NCBI GenBank assembly: GCA_024137785.1
Contig: JAHRHZ010000069.1
Coordinates: forward strand, 27,942,132-28,006,131
Direction: 5' to 3'
Length of the DNA: 64,000 bases
Source of the DNA: Ginglymostoma cirratum
Lineage: Eukaryota
The translations under genes and the position numbers were made by a program. Below, piece by piece: positions 48,401 through 57,585 of this stretch; the stretch's first letter is position 1; every line of letters begins with the position of its first letter. Under the pieces are notes generated by a model. The model saw only the letters and a program-made list of their open reading frames with translations, was not told the origin of the DNA and searched no databases.

Positions 48401-50152
48401 TACAACATCAGGAAGAATAAAAACAGCATGGCTGGTAATTTGAGGCAACATCGAAGTTAGATTTAAAACTGAGTCTACTCTAATCTAATACAGAAAGTAG
48501 ATAGTTTTGCAGCAATCATGGTATGGGTCAGCTTATTCATGGTTTTTTAAAAAAAACTTGAAGTGTACACCCACCTGTTGGTATCATTTTATCTAACCTC
48601 CAACTCTTTAAGAAGTGCAACTTACTGAAAAAGTTCAGTTGGACAATGGACATTTGCCATTTGCAGAGAGTCACCCAATTTTGTAATATAAAACCTAACA
48701 CTAGGCACCCAGTTGACCAAGCAGCAGATTGGAGCATCAGGTCCTTGATTAACGGCATAGATCAATCATTGACCATGAATTTAAACAAACAGGTCACTCA
48801 AGTTTTCAATGTCACTGTTTAGATGGCCACTTTCCAAATCACACCCTCCAGCTAATATTTAACCAAATCTTGACTCTAAAAAGCCAGTCCTTTTAAGAAA
48901 AGGAGTGAAGGGACTAAAGTTCAAATGCGATTGAACAAAAGCTTGTCACCCAAACGACAGCGAGATTATCCAAACACTAATGGATCAAAGATTATTTTTA
49001 CACGTTAGATATATTGAAATGAGGGGTTAGTAGTAGTAGTCGTCGTCGTCAGGGAAGGGTTGCAAACGTTCGTTTTAAAAAAATTCAGAAGGCGAAGCAG
49101 ATTAATTCAAATAGAGCGAGGCTGTAAAAGTGGGTTCAGGCAGAAAGGTGAGCGTTTCGCATTCCTCGTAGGAAGTGTCTGCACCTGAAGGTACCACACC
49201 CTACTCTAATAGATGGCTATACGACCCAAAAGAGTGAACCAGATTAGTCCGGATTTAAGAAACGGTGCTCCTACCTTCCCGATAACAAGTAGATTTTAAA
49301 AACCAACGAATTCAACTCGGTAAAGCAAAACAAACAAGTGACAACTGAGATTTACAAGGTCAACGGAATATAAAGAACAATAGAGTTTGGCAGCTGGTCA
49401 TTTCAAATCTTTTATAATGAACACATTCAGATGTTAGTGCCTCTGAGATTGTAGCCCCAGAAATAAGTGATAAGCCGACGTGTCGGGAAAGCGCAGAAAG
49501 TGACAAGTGGTTTACTGACCCAGTTTTAAATTCCACATTATAAAGGCGCTGGCGTGTAGAGAGGCTGCAATAGCTCGCAAGCATGCAACTTTTGGAGGAT
49601 CAGGAAAAAAGTTGGAGGCTGATCACCCAGGGATCAAAATCCCTGGTGGTTTCTTTTCTATTTTAAGGAAGGAGTATCTACCAGATGGAACAAGGGGGCT
49701 GACGAGCAATATTTGGCTTTAGCATAAAAAGTCAACGAGTTTAAATGTAAACTTTTTAAAAGGATCATGGAGAAAAGAGGTTGCTAGAAATGCGTGGACT
49801 CACCAATAGACACCAGCTTGATGTTCTCCCTCTCGAGGAACTCAAGCGCCACAGACACGTTCTCCAGCTGCATTTGCTTGAAGGTGGGTCTCTGGTGATA
49901 CTTGCGGTACATTTTCTTCTGGCTGAGAACCTCGAGCAGGGCGATGAGCCGCAGCCCGTCCGCCAAGTCGGTCTGCAGGTTGTGGATGCGCTTGTTGACG
50001 CATTTTAGGTGCTCGTTGCACCAACGAGTGAAGGTGTTCTGCTGGATCCGTTTCCAGGGCGCATCCTCGGCCAGATCCTTCTCGGTGGCCGGCATCTCGA
50101 CGTCTTTGTCCCCAGGCTGCTCAGGCTCTCTCCTCTGCACATGCGTACTCAT
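334..50152 (-). CDS. FLNB: Filamin-B gene, 5' portion (19 coding exons, ~975 aa; continues beyond window start)
   Basis: The spliced translation is open across 19 GT-AG exons (349,249,98,148,119,78,163,198,138,133,137,194,114,144,124,161,91,170,118 nt). FLNB-type residues: [53 protein letters not shown]. From recall, FLNA has HNQRPTF, PLRPK, IKCAPGV and EPSHDASK. Confidence 0.93.
582..751 (-). CDS. FLNB: FLNB coding exon 18
   Basis: (G)[56 protein letters not shown]; 170 nt. Confidence 0.95.
3022..3142 (+). mobile_element. Penelope-like terminal repeat fragment (family A)
   Basis: Homologous to 1-125; possible TSD GTACTC(G/A)GA at 3013-3021 and 3143-3151. Confidence 0.75.
3386..3476 (-). 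CDS. FLNB: FLNB coding exon 17
   Basis: [30 protein letters not shown]; 91 nt; preceding intron only 87 nt. Confidence 0.95.
3564..3724 (-). CDS. FLNB: FLNB coding exon 16
   Basis: (G)[53 protein letters not shown]; donor GTTTGT; 161 nt. Confidence 0.95.
4475..4598 (-). CDS. FLNB: FLNB coding exon 15
   Basis: [41 protein letters not shown]; 124 nt. Confidence 0.95.
5028..5171 (-). CDS. FLNB: FLNB coding exon 14
   Basis: [48 protein letters not shown]; 144 nt. Confidence 0.95.
5510..5623 (-). CDS. FLNB: FLNB coding exon 13
   Basis: [38 protein letters not shown]; 114 nt. Confidence 0.95.
7281..7345 (+). mobile_element. Penelope-like terminal repeat fragment (family A-related)
   Basis: TGAAGGGTCCGACCCAAAACATCAACTTTCTTGCTCCTCTGATGCTGCCTGGCCTG. 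Confidence 0.65.
8501..8694 (-). CDS. FLNB: FLNB coding exon 12
   Basis: (G)[64 protein letters not shown]; 194 nt. Confidence 0.95.
9097..9233 (-). CDS. FLNB: FLNB coding exon 11
   Basis: (S)[45 protein letters not shown]; 137 nt. Confidence 0.95.
9325..10235 (+). mobile_element. Heavily deleted CR1-clade LINE fragment
   Basis: Residual CR1 motifs: TGTAACTAGTAGAATGCCACATGGACCAGTGCTGGGG; TATACTCATTGGAACTTAAG; tail CTTCTACTCCATCTTATG. Confidence 0.6.
10816..10948 (-). CDS. FLNB: FLNB coding exon 10
   Basis: (K)[43 protein letters not shown]; CAG/AAG tandem acceptor; 133 nt. Confidence 0.93.
11731..11868 (-). CDS. FLNB: FLNB coding exon 9
   Basis: (A)[45 protein letters not shown]; 138 nt. 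Confidence 0.95.
12015..12562 (-). mobile_element. Penelope-like retroelement 3' fragment (GIY-YIG remnant plus terminal repeat)
   Basis: Minus strand reads [13 protein letters not shown] (YIGET at 12539-12553), then FVEHLHSV and [12 protein letters not shown] remnants, a pyrimidine-rich UTR, and the family A terminal repeat. Confidence 0.8.
14304..14501 (-). CDS. FLNB: FLNB coding exon 8
   Basis: (G)[65 protein letters not shown]; AAG acceptor; 198 nt. Confidence 0.94.
15028..15190 (-). CDS. FLNB: FLNB coding exon 7
   Basis: [54 protein letters not shown]; 163 nt. Confidence 0.95.
15679..15756 (-). CDS. FLNB: FLNB coding exon 6
   Basis: [26 protein letters not shown]; CAG acceptor, GTAAGT donor; 78 nt. 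Confidence 0.95.
16120..16385 (-). mobile_element. Degraded HE1-like SINE
   Basis: ACCTGCACATCTTTGGACTGTGGGAGAAAACTGGAGCA..TGCTAACCACT on plus. Confidence 0.75.
16933..17051 (-). CDS. FLNB: FLNB coding exon 5 (Ig repeat 1)
   Basis: (G)[39 protein letters not shown]; 119 nt. Confidence 0.95.
17171..17332. mobile_element. Head-to-head pair of Penelope-like terminal repeats (family B)
   Basis: Left arm (minus) CTGAAGGAAGTCTGTCAACCCAAAATGTTAAC; right arm (plus) TTGAGGAGAGTCACTGGGCCCAAAACACTAAC. Confidence 0.55.
17434..17581 (-). CDS. FLNB: FLNB coding exon 4
   Basis: [49 protein letters not shown]; 148 nt. Confidence 0.96.
17819..18670. mobile_element. Possible solo LTR, degraded
   Basis: Starts TGTTACAA and ends ..GGTCATAAAA (near-inverted termini); ~850 bp; no internal coding remnant seen. 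Confidence 0.25.
18944..19041 (-). CDS. FLNB: FLNB coding exon 3 (CH2)
   Basis: (G)[32 protein letters not shown]; 98 nt; not in ORF track. Confidence 0.95.
19188..19770. mobile_element. Old Penelope-like element (family C) with inverted halves
   Basis: Minus strand encodes [21 protein letters not shown], matching the 60092-60531 element; terminal repeats in opposite orientation at both ends. Confidence 0.7.
19905..20240 (-). mobile_element. Degraded HE1-like SINE
   Basis: GCAATTTAGCATG..GGGAGGAAACTGGAGCACCTGGTGGAAACCCATGCA..CTAACCACTGAGTCAC on plus. Confidence 0.75.
20508..20756 (-). CDS. FLNB: FLNB coding exon 2 (CH1/CH2)
   Basis: (D)[30 protein letters not shown]...LVDSCAP; ttttCAG acceptor, GTGAGT donor; 249 nt. 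Confidence 0.96.
22686..22896. mobile_element. Head-to-head Penelope-like terminal repeats (family A) with 12-bp TSD
   Basis: ~80-bp inverted arms around 22807-22809; TGACAATCACTT at 22674-22685 and 22897-22908. Confidence 0.85.
23330..25293 (+). mobile_element. CR1-clade LINE, 5'-truncated, RT ORF2 broken by stops and indels
   Basis: [57 protein letters not shown]; 3' tail CTGTACTGCGCTGTAATCTATGTTCTA. Confidence 0.92.
29718..29797 (-). mobile_element. Penelope-like terminal repeat fragment (family A)
   Basis: GATAACAAGG..GCTGGATGAACACAGCAGGCCAAG..CTGATGTTTTGGGTCTAGACCC on plus. Confidence 0.7.
33015..33130 (+). mobile_element. Penelope-like terminal repeat fragment (family A)
   Basis: CTGAAGGATGGTCTAGGCCTGAAACATC..GATGCTGCCTGGCC..ATCTGCAGTTCCTACT. 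Confidence 0.7.
33818..33929. repeat. Homopolymer runs (poly-G, then ~27-nt poly-A)
   Basis: Direct reading; other long G runs at ~2514-2532 and ~36523-36547. Confidence 0.9.
34265..34965 (-). mobile_element. Degraded CR1-clade LINE fragment
   Basis: Reverse-orientation CR1 3' motifs (TCCATGCCAACCAG, CCTCATGATTTTA, CAACATCCTTG, CCTACCATTAACT). Confidence 0.6.
35193..35341. mobile_element. Head-to-head Penelope-like terminal repeats (family A) with degenerate 19-bp TSD
   Basis: Inverted arms; TGAGACAGTTGACATAACT at 35174-35192 vs TGAAACAGTTTACACAACT at 35342-35360. Confidence 0.75.
35443..35535 (-). mobile_element. Penelope-like terminal repeat fragment (family A)
   Basis: GAGATAGTAGGTACTGCTGATGCTGGAG..GCTGGATGAACACAGCAGG on plus. 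Confidence 0.7.
38560..39545 (+). mobile_element. Degraded LINE (CR1/L2 clade) 3' portion
   Basis: CCTCAGGATAGTGTCCTAGGCC (PQxSVLG); tail GGGCAATAGATGCTGGC..GCCCATGTC shared with 55060-55610, 58270-58630 and (minus) 6170-6580. Confidence 0.6.
39890..40320 (-). mobile_element. Degraded CR1-like LINE tail
   Basis: GCCATTTGGGCCTGCTCTGCCATTCAATATGATCATGG; related tails at ~13525-13740, ~26560-26600 and ~51070-51300. Confidence 0.55.
40620..40900. promoter_or_regulatory. Candidate intron-1 enhancer (AP-1 x3, NF-E2/ARE, CArG)
   Basis: TGAGTCA 40629-40635; TGACTCAGCA 40637-40646; CCAATATAGG 40837-40846; TGACTCA 40875-40881. Confidence 0.4.
46420..46855 (+). mobile_element. Rex1/Babar-like LINE 3' fragment
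   Basis: Remnant peptides [47 protein letters not shown]. Confidence 0.7.
48045..48140 (+). mobile_element. Penelope-like terminal repeat fragment (family B)
   Basis: GAAGGGGTCACTGGACCTAAAGAGTTGACTGCTTTCTCTCCACTGATGCTG..CTGCTGAGTTTT. Confidence 0.5.
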
Positions 50153-50830
50153 TGCTGCCGCCTCCTCCTATTTAACTCGTTCTCCGTTTCCGGGTTGGCA
50201 GCTACTGGCTGCAGCTTTCCCTGGAGCCTCCCTGCTGGCGAACGGAGAGTAACTCTTAACCAATAAGTTCAACACAGACAGAAGGCAAGCGCGCACAAAA
50301 TCTGAAGCCGTGCGTCTGCTGCACAAACCCAATGACACGCTTCTGCTCGCATTTTAAACATTCTCTCTTCACATAAACCAGGATTTAGTTTGGGTTCGAC
50401 CCGAACGATTGCCGGTCGGTGGTTTTCGCCGGGGTACCGGAGAGACTTGCATCTCTTGTACGGATCGCAGAGAAATGTCATTGGTAGTCAAAGGTGCGTG
50501 TGTGCGCACATCATCTATTCCCTTTCTTTCACATTGACAACTCAGTCTTAACTACCGCCGACACACTCTGCAGATGACCACTCCAAGGACCTGGACAGCA
50601 AATGCTGCTGAGCTTTATGGGGCCTCAGACCCAATTCCCGCCCAGTGCTGCCCTCACATCTAGTCCCAGAAACTGGAACTGGACTGTAAACAAAAGAGAG
50701 AAGGAATGCTGTCGGCACCATCCCCCCTGCTGGCATTGAACCCACTACAATGTCCTTCACTAAGCAACTGAACACTGAAACAACAAACTCGGACGTACGT
50801 GGATCCCCACTACACACATCACGCATTTAT
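48930..50830. promoter_or_regulatory. CpG island / FLNB promoter region
   Basis: Abrupt rise in CpG density relative to the CpG-poor gene body. CCAAT boxes at 50260-50264, 50329-50333 and 50480-50484 (ATTGG). ETS-like CCGGAAA (minus) at 50187-50193 and GCGCGCAC near 50289. The TSS cannot be determined. Confidence 0.75.
49804..50152 (-). CDS. FLNB: FLNB coding exon 1 (CH1 domain)
   Basis: MSTHVQ...[31 protein letters not shown]...IKLVSI; ATG context GCAGCA-ATG; donor G|GTGAGT. Confidence 0.95.
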
Positions 50831-53800
50831 CCACAATTCAGCATCTGATTTTCATCATAAATTTCTACGTTCATTCACAAAACCTGTTCTTCAAAGCAGA
50901 TGGGGAAAGGACAGATGAAAGGAATTACATGAAATACTCTTTAAGAAAGCTAGCATGTTTGGCCACATAGCCTCTTCGAGTATTGGAACGTGCTTCAAAT
51001 TTTAAATCTTTTAATGCTTCAGGAACTGACACCGGTGGAAGCTCAGTAATTACTTGGTGCTGCCAGCATTAGGAAATAGGAGCAGGAGTAGGACACTGGC
51101 CTGTTTCACCATTCAGTAAGATTATTGTTACACTGATCTTGGCCTCAACTCCACTTTCCTGCCTGTTCCCCATTACCCTTGAATCCCCTACAGTTCAAAA
51201 TTCTCTTTATCTCAGCCTTGAATGTATTTAGTAACTCAGCCTTCACAGCTCTCCAGGGTAAAGAATTCCAAAGATTCATGACCCTCTGACAGAAGAAATA
51301 CAACAGGGCTGTGTGAAATCAGCAGTGTGAAATCATGGCACATGCTTAGTGAGAAAATCGGTTATTTATCTTTAACCTGAAATAATGGCTTGATAGTTCT
51401 CTCGAAAAAATGTTTCAATTACCTATTAACTGACAAATTAAGAGGTTTTGCCTTTACTTTAGTGGAAATTTGGAATACTGTTTTAAAACCATCTTAGAAG
51501 ACAATTGTCAAAAATATTACGTGAGAACAGTGAAGATAGTAAAGTCTGTCAAAAGGGTTTTGCCTTGAATCCTTGTAAAATATCAGTGCCAGATTTTTCT
51601 GTAAAATGATTAACATTCAATAGCATTCTCTTCCCTTTTCCTCCCCAACAAGCCCCCCATTACCAGCTACTTCCTCCGAGCTCATTTCTAAATATCTGAT
51701 GTTTTTCAAGGCATTGAATAAAGGATTTACAAGACCTCTTCATCATCCTCATTTATCTCATCTTAAATATATGTATTATTGAGAATAGAAAGTCTTAATT
51801 ATTTTCAAAATAACATAGAATTGTTGAATTACTAGGACGCCATGCGATCCATTATCTATGTGCCTTTCTCCAAATGAGCATCCCACCTAGTAGCATGCTT
51901 TCTCCTCGTAACCCCGTATATTCTATTCTTTCTTTACAGATAACATTCCAAATACCTTTTGAATGCCTCATTTTGACATGCCTCTACCACAGTTGCAGGC
52001 AGCACATTCCAGATTTTAGCCACTCATTGTGTTGCAATTCCCTTCAATCTGTGTCCTCCCATTCTTGACTGTTGCATCAATAGGAACAGCTTTGCCCTTA
52101 TCTGTTCTGTGCAGACTGCTCATGATTTTGAAAGCCTGCATCAAAACTCCTCTCAGCCTTTTCTTCTGTAAAGAAAATGCTTCCCACTTGTCCAATCTGT
52201 CTAAATAGATATGTCACTGCATAACAAATATTGCCACTGAGCTAAGATGTTGGCAAATGAAAAACAAGGGCTGACAATTTAACCCAACTGGCCCAGCAGA
52301 ATATAGCAGATGAACAACTAAAATAACGCAAATAAACTAAGTGCTCTGTTTCTGCTGGAAACCTGCTGATTACCATTTTAACTTCGGAAATGGAACTACT
52401 GGTAAACAAACTGAAGGAAACAGACTGGTGCCTCATTACTAACTGGAAATCAGCGTCTTTGGATGGTCAACAAAAGGTCATCGGCATGTTGCCAGAGCTG
52501 CTCTGTATTTCCAGCATCTTCTATATTTATGTCAGATTTCTAGCTTTTGCTTTGTTTTGGTCTCATCTTAGGATATTATGAGGGCCTGCTATAATTTTTA
52601 ATTAAACAGGTCAGTAGTCCAGCAACAAACCCATCAACTTCCTGTGTAGAACCAAATGGCTGGCAGGATTTAAATTAGGGCTGACACTTACAATACCATA
52701 CGTTCCATTCGGGGGTAGTAAAGAGGTTTTAAATCTTCTCACCCATCCCAAACTGGCCCAGACTAAAATTGCAATCCTTATAACTGTATGCTAAAATTCT
52801 CTTGGTAATCCTTTACACCTGACTGCTTCAAAATCCTTCTTCAAATGTCTGCGTGAAACCTTTGTCTCTGAACATACTTTCAGTTTGTCCCACCTCGCAT
52901 CCTTAATCATTCAAGCGTTTCACCTGAAGTCCACAATTTCTTTTGCAAAAGGTACCTTGTGATAATTAATTATCCTGTAGGACCTACATAAAAGCTATTG
53001 GAACTCTACTGTACTTTAGTGCATTTCTCAGAATATTTTAAAGTTTTTAACCCTTCAAGTCAGTTTCAGGTTTCAAATCACAAAACCACTTCTTTTCAAT
53101 AACATCTGGCAAGCATTATGCTTGCACAGTTCATTGCAGCTGTGTAAAAAAGGTATGAATTTGTGTTGTGCCTACAATTACTCAATCAGTAAATTCCCCA
53201 AAGGATGAAGCTTAGACAGTAGGCAGGCTGCTTTCCACAGAAATGAAGAAAAATCAAAAGGGAACAGTCACCTCAGGCTGTTTTTATGTACTTTCTTAAA
53301 CTACATTTTGCATACAGGTCACTTGCTAGATCTCCCTATTGGATCAGAGTTTGGTGAGACATACCAAAGGGAATAAGAAAGTTACATAACAATTACTAAA
53401 AAACTAACAATTAGACAAAAATTTGGAACAAGTGATTTCAGACATGTTTCTGATGGTCAGCATGAACACATTGTAGTAACAGATCACCAAATAGTATTTC
53501 TTTAAAATAAAAAAAAACACCTTGTAATAAATCCATTAAATCTTACCGTGCAGAGGGAAGCTACTTGGCCAAGATTCCTGGCCCAGGTCTTTGAAAGACC
53601 CATTTAATTAGACACACTTATCAATAGTCCTTCAAATATTTTCTTTTCAGAAGTAAATTCAATACACTCCAGAATTTACTTTTCAAAAGTAAGCATTGAA
53701 TCTGCTTCCACCACCTTGGCAATGGAATCCAGATCATAACTGGAAGAAGTAACTTATCATTTGCCCCTTGTTTTTTTCCCAATTATATTAGTGACCTTTA

Positions 53801-53849
53801 GTTACTGTTATAGCCTCCAATGGAAACACTATGTATTTGTGTTCTCTAG

Positions 53850-54845
53850 AAATGCCTTTGTTGCAGGCAGACCTCCACCCACACAGCATGGTGAGGATGG
53901 CACTACAAGTGGCTGAAAATCTCTTTGCAGTGTGCTCCAATCAGACTGGAGCAGGAGACCTTTTCAACATCTTAAAAATTTGCCATCTACTGTTGTATAA
54001 AGGGACACCATTGAATTCTGCCTACAAGGTGAGTGGCACGGTGGCTCAGTGGTTAGCACTGCAGCCTCACAGTACCAAGGACCTGTGTTCGATTCCAGCC
54101 TCGGGCGACCCTCTGTATGGAGTTTGCACATTCTCCCTGTGTCTGTGTGGGTTTCCTCTGGGTGCTCCGGTTTCCTCCCACAGTCCAAAGATGTGCGAGC
54201 TGGGTGGATTGGCCATGCTAAATTGCCCGTAGTGTTCCAGGGTGTGTGGGTTTTAGGGGGATGGGTCTGGGTGGGATGCTGCAAGGGTTGTTGGGCGGAA
54301 GGGCTTGATTCCACACTGTAGGGATTCTATCTATCTAAAATACATTGTATTCTCTCTTTCCAGAGAGAAACAAGTAGAGTGGGCATGCGACTTGACCAGA
54401 ACTGTAGCCTTCGCCACAGTGCAGGGTGCAATTGATTGCACGCAAGTTGCTATAACTGGTGTCACAGGTGAATTGCAGTGTACAGCTATATCAGTATTCA
54501 TGCAGGTCAATGCTTGGTATCCTGGCAGGAGTCATGATACCTGTATTCTCTGCCAGTCAACTGTTCCATGGGCTTTCGAGGAAACCAGAGGGGTTTATAT
54601 CTGCTGACCACCTGGCTCAGGACTCTGTTGCACAAAACATGTACACCTGGACAGCATGCAGATAAGAAATGCAACACTGTCATATGAAACTTCATCATCA
54701 AGTGAATCATTAGTTGCTTAGCAATGTCTCCATTACATCTTCTGCTCTGAGTCACGCCTGCTGTCCTCTCCAAAACCATATGTCATGGTTAGTCATTGTC
54801 TGCTGCATCATGCAGAACCTCAGCATTACAATAGCATAGCCTGTG
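53850..54845 (+). pseudogene. PIF/Harbinger DDE transposase (HARBI1-like) remnant, split by a SINE
   Basis: LLQADLHPHS..AL.VA..FA..S.QTGAGDL before the SINE; YIVFSLSREKQ..FATVQGAIDCTQVAI..VNAWYPGRSHDTCILCQS and VIVCCIMQNL after it. GAIDCT and PGxxHD are DDE_Tnp_4 motifs. Confidence 0.8.
54031..54336 (+). mobile_element. tRNA-derived V-SINE (HE1-like)
   Basis: A box TGGCTCAGTGG (54042-54052), B box GTTCGATTCC (54087-54096), core GGGTGCTCCGGTTTCCTCCCACAGTCCAAAGATGTG, CR1-type tail GATTCTAT. Confidence 0.88.
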
Positions 54846-55059
54846 TTAGCAGCTCAGGAGAATGAAAGAGTAAGCCATATCCCTTTCTGTTGGGTTGTCC
54901 ATAAACAGCTCATTTGATTACCCCACAGTAAATGCAACCCAAATTGCCATTCACCAATAATCTCACACTTACTTTTCACCCTGTTACACGTAAAAATGTT
55001 TTCTTGGCCACAATACTCAAATAAAAGCCACCACAAAATCAACATTGGATGAATTGTTT

Positions 55060-55610
55060 AGTAAAGTAAATTTACAATGTTCCCGCCTCCTGACTCTTCA
55101 AAGCCTTCACTACTTATAAAGGCACAGGTGAAAAAAATGTTGAAATAATGTCCGCTTTCCTGGATGAGAGCCACTCCAACAACACTGAAGAAAGACAACT
55201 TTCCAGGTTCAAACAATCCATTTTACTGACACCTCATCCACCAACATAAACATTCACTCCCTCCACTACTGGCTAAGTGTGTTCAATCTACAAAACTCAA
55301 CAAAGCATCTTGGGCTCTGTTAACAGCATCTTCTAACTGCAAACCTCTATCTGCTTTAAGAACAAGGGCAGGAGTGATTGGGAAGACTTCTGCCTGGGTG
55401 TTCCTTCACTGACACACCATTCTGACTTGGAAATATATCAATGTTCCTTCATTGTCATTGTGCCAAAATCTTCAAACTAACTCCATATCAGCATTGTGGA
55501 ATATTTTTACCATGTGGCTTGCAGATGGTCAAAATATTGCTTCAGTACCATCTTCTTCAGGGCAATTAGGAATTGGAAATACATGATGGCCAGCAATAAA
55601 AGAAAGGAAG
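55060..55610 (+). mobile_element. Degraded LINE 3' fragment nested in the Harbinger fossil
   Basis: CACACCATTCTGACTTGGAAATATATC..GGGCAATTAGGAATTGGAAATACATGATGGCC; same family as 58270-58630. Confidence 0.6.
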
Positions 55611-55699
55611 TGAAGAGATGAGATGGTAAATTGAGATATGCATGCAGTTAATGATTCATTCTCATGGCATTTGAAAATGTATTCACTACCCATGACTAT

Positions 55700-55925
55700 T
55701 GAAACTGTCATTGGACTATTTGCGGCATTGCATCCAGGTCCTTGGGATGTTAATCACCACAATTTGACACCCACTGCTTTTTGCAGGATCTCTTTAAATG
55801 GCTTCCTGATCTCCTTTGGATAGAGGATTTCTCTCCTCTTAATGTCTCGCCTCTTGTTCATTTCCTATACCAGGGCCCCCAGGAAAAATTACAGGTACCT
55901 TTGCAGCACATTCTCTTCCCTGTTG
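55700..55925 (-). pseudogene. Harbinger ORF2 (Myb/SANT-like DNA-binding) remnant
   Basis: Minus strand: LGALV*EMNKRRD..ILYPKEIRKP, then after a frameshift PRTWMQCRK*SND (55707-55745), resembling the RTxxQCRKKxNDL motif. Confidence 0.65.
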
Positions 55926-57140
55926 AGATGATTTTTAATATTTCTGCTCTCCCAGCCACATCCAGCACTTTCCCCTTAGGAAATGCAGCTGACTTTAAAT
56001 TGTGCAGGTTAACATTCACTGGTGCTAGTATATCACAACATTGAATGCACTGCTTAAGTGTTCAGCGATCCAAAAGTGTACCGAACCTGTAGCTGTCCAA
56101 ATTAAACATTGTAATTAGCAGCAGAACAAAGTTTGTATTTTATCAAATTTCACCGCCTTTGTTTTTAAAGTGTTGAGAAAGTGCAAATTCCACAAACACA
56201 GCTACCTGGATAGTAATTTTATCTTTGTTGGGTTGTGCCCAAATACAATATATGAAAACAACTGGTGGGGCACTGACTCACTCTGATATAAACTGAAAAG
56301 GATATACATTACAAAGCCTTAACCGCAAGGACACATTTAAACTTATTGATATTGGCAGGTTAATATTTAGGTTGGTTATCTTATCTACAAACATTCTGCT
56401 TCTAAGTATCCTTTTCTCTGTACTGATCGGCTTGAAAAGAAAGTAATTCAATACGTGCAAACCATGTTACAATATTAACATTGAAAGTAGCTCAGAAGCA
56501 AAGCTAGAGAAGTAACAGTGGCAGTTTTATCAGGTTCAAAATTCTGAAATATGAGCTCCATTTCTTTTCGGTGTGCAAGACCTGAAGGTAGATGACGTCA
56601 ACTAATCCCTTAAGGCTAATATGAAGCATGGAGATCGTACTTTAGGAGTAAAGGCCACACCTTGTTCTGTTGAATGAAACCCGACTTGAATCTAAAAGCT
56701 TCCACAGCGACAAGAATATTGAACAATGTCTGGTTCAAAAACAGTCATGCATTTTACACATCCTTTACAAAAAATCCCTTTATTACTCACTGTGCGGGCA
56801 GAGAGCCTTTGATGCTTGTTTTAAACTTTCAGTACAAGGGACTGCTCACAAACAGCAGGGAGAGTTTTACAAATGTACACTCCTGCTGCAAAGCTTCACG
56901 TAGCAGTCGTCTGTATTGTCAGCAGGCTTTGCAGGATTTTCCAGCCATTAAAATTAATAGATGTCAAATTCGGCAAACGTAGTAACATTTGACCTCTGTG
57001 CTAAAATTTCCAGTATTTCTTCTTGGCATAAGCATGCACTTAGCAAAGCTGGGTCCTTACTTCTGAAAAACACAGTGTCAGTTTCCAAAAGGAATTGCTG
57101 TCATTGGAGAAAATGTATTTAAAATGGTATACCACCACAG

Positions 57141-57585
57141 AGGTAAGGACTGACAGTGATTAGCACTGCTGCCTCACAGCCAAGGACCAGGGTTGGATTC
57201 CAGCCTCGGGTGATTCTGTGGAGTTTGCACATTCTCCCTGTGTCTGCATGGATTTCCACCGACTGCTCCAGTTTCCTCCCACAGTCCAAAGATTTGCAGG
57301 TTAGGTAGATTGGCCATGCTAAATTGCCCATCGTGTCCAGGGAAAAGCAAGCTAGGTGGATTGACCACGATAAATGCAGGGTTACAGAGATAGGGTGGGA
57401 GGCTGGGTTTGCGGCAGGGGGATACTCTTCGGAGGGTCAGTGCAGACTCTATGGGCCCATTTTCTCTCCTCTTGTTCATCTTCTGCACCAGGGCCCCTGG
57501 GAAGAATTACAGGTAACTTTGCAGCACATTCTCTTCCCTCTTCCCGCTCTTCTATCTGCACTGTAGGGATTCTATGATTCTATGA
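57141..57585 (+). mobile_element. HE1-like V-SINE with a foreign insert in its tail
   Basis: Same core as 54031-54336; tail GATTCTATGATTCTATGA; ~90-nt insert at ~57458-57550. Confidence 0.85.

Noticed and set aside
49781-50266. Antisense ORFs over coding exon 1 (49781-50008, 49902-50252, 50009-50266)
   Set aside because: Expected by-products of GC-rich coding sequence; no recognisable domains.
54031-54100. tRNA gene (A and B boxes)
   Set aside because: It continues directly into the V-SINE core and tail, so it is a tRNA-derived SINE head.
53831-54607. Functional HARBI1 gene
   Set aside because: Interrupted by a SINE, internally deleted and frameshifted; it is a transposon fossil.
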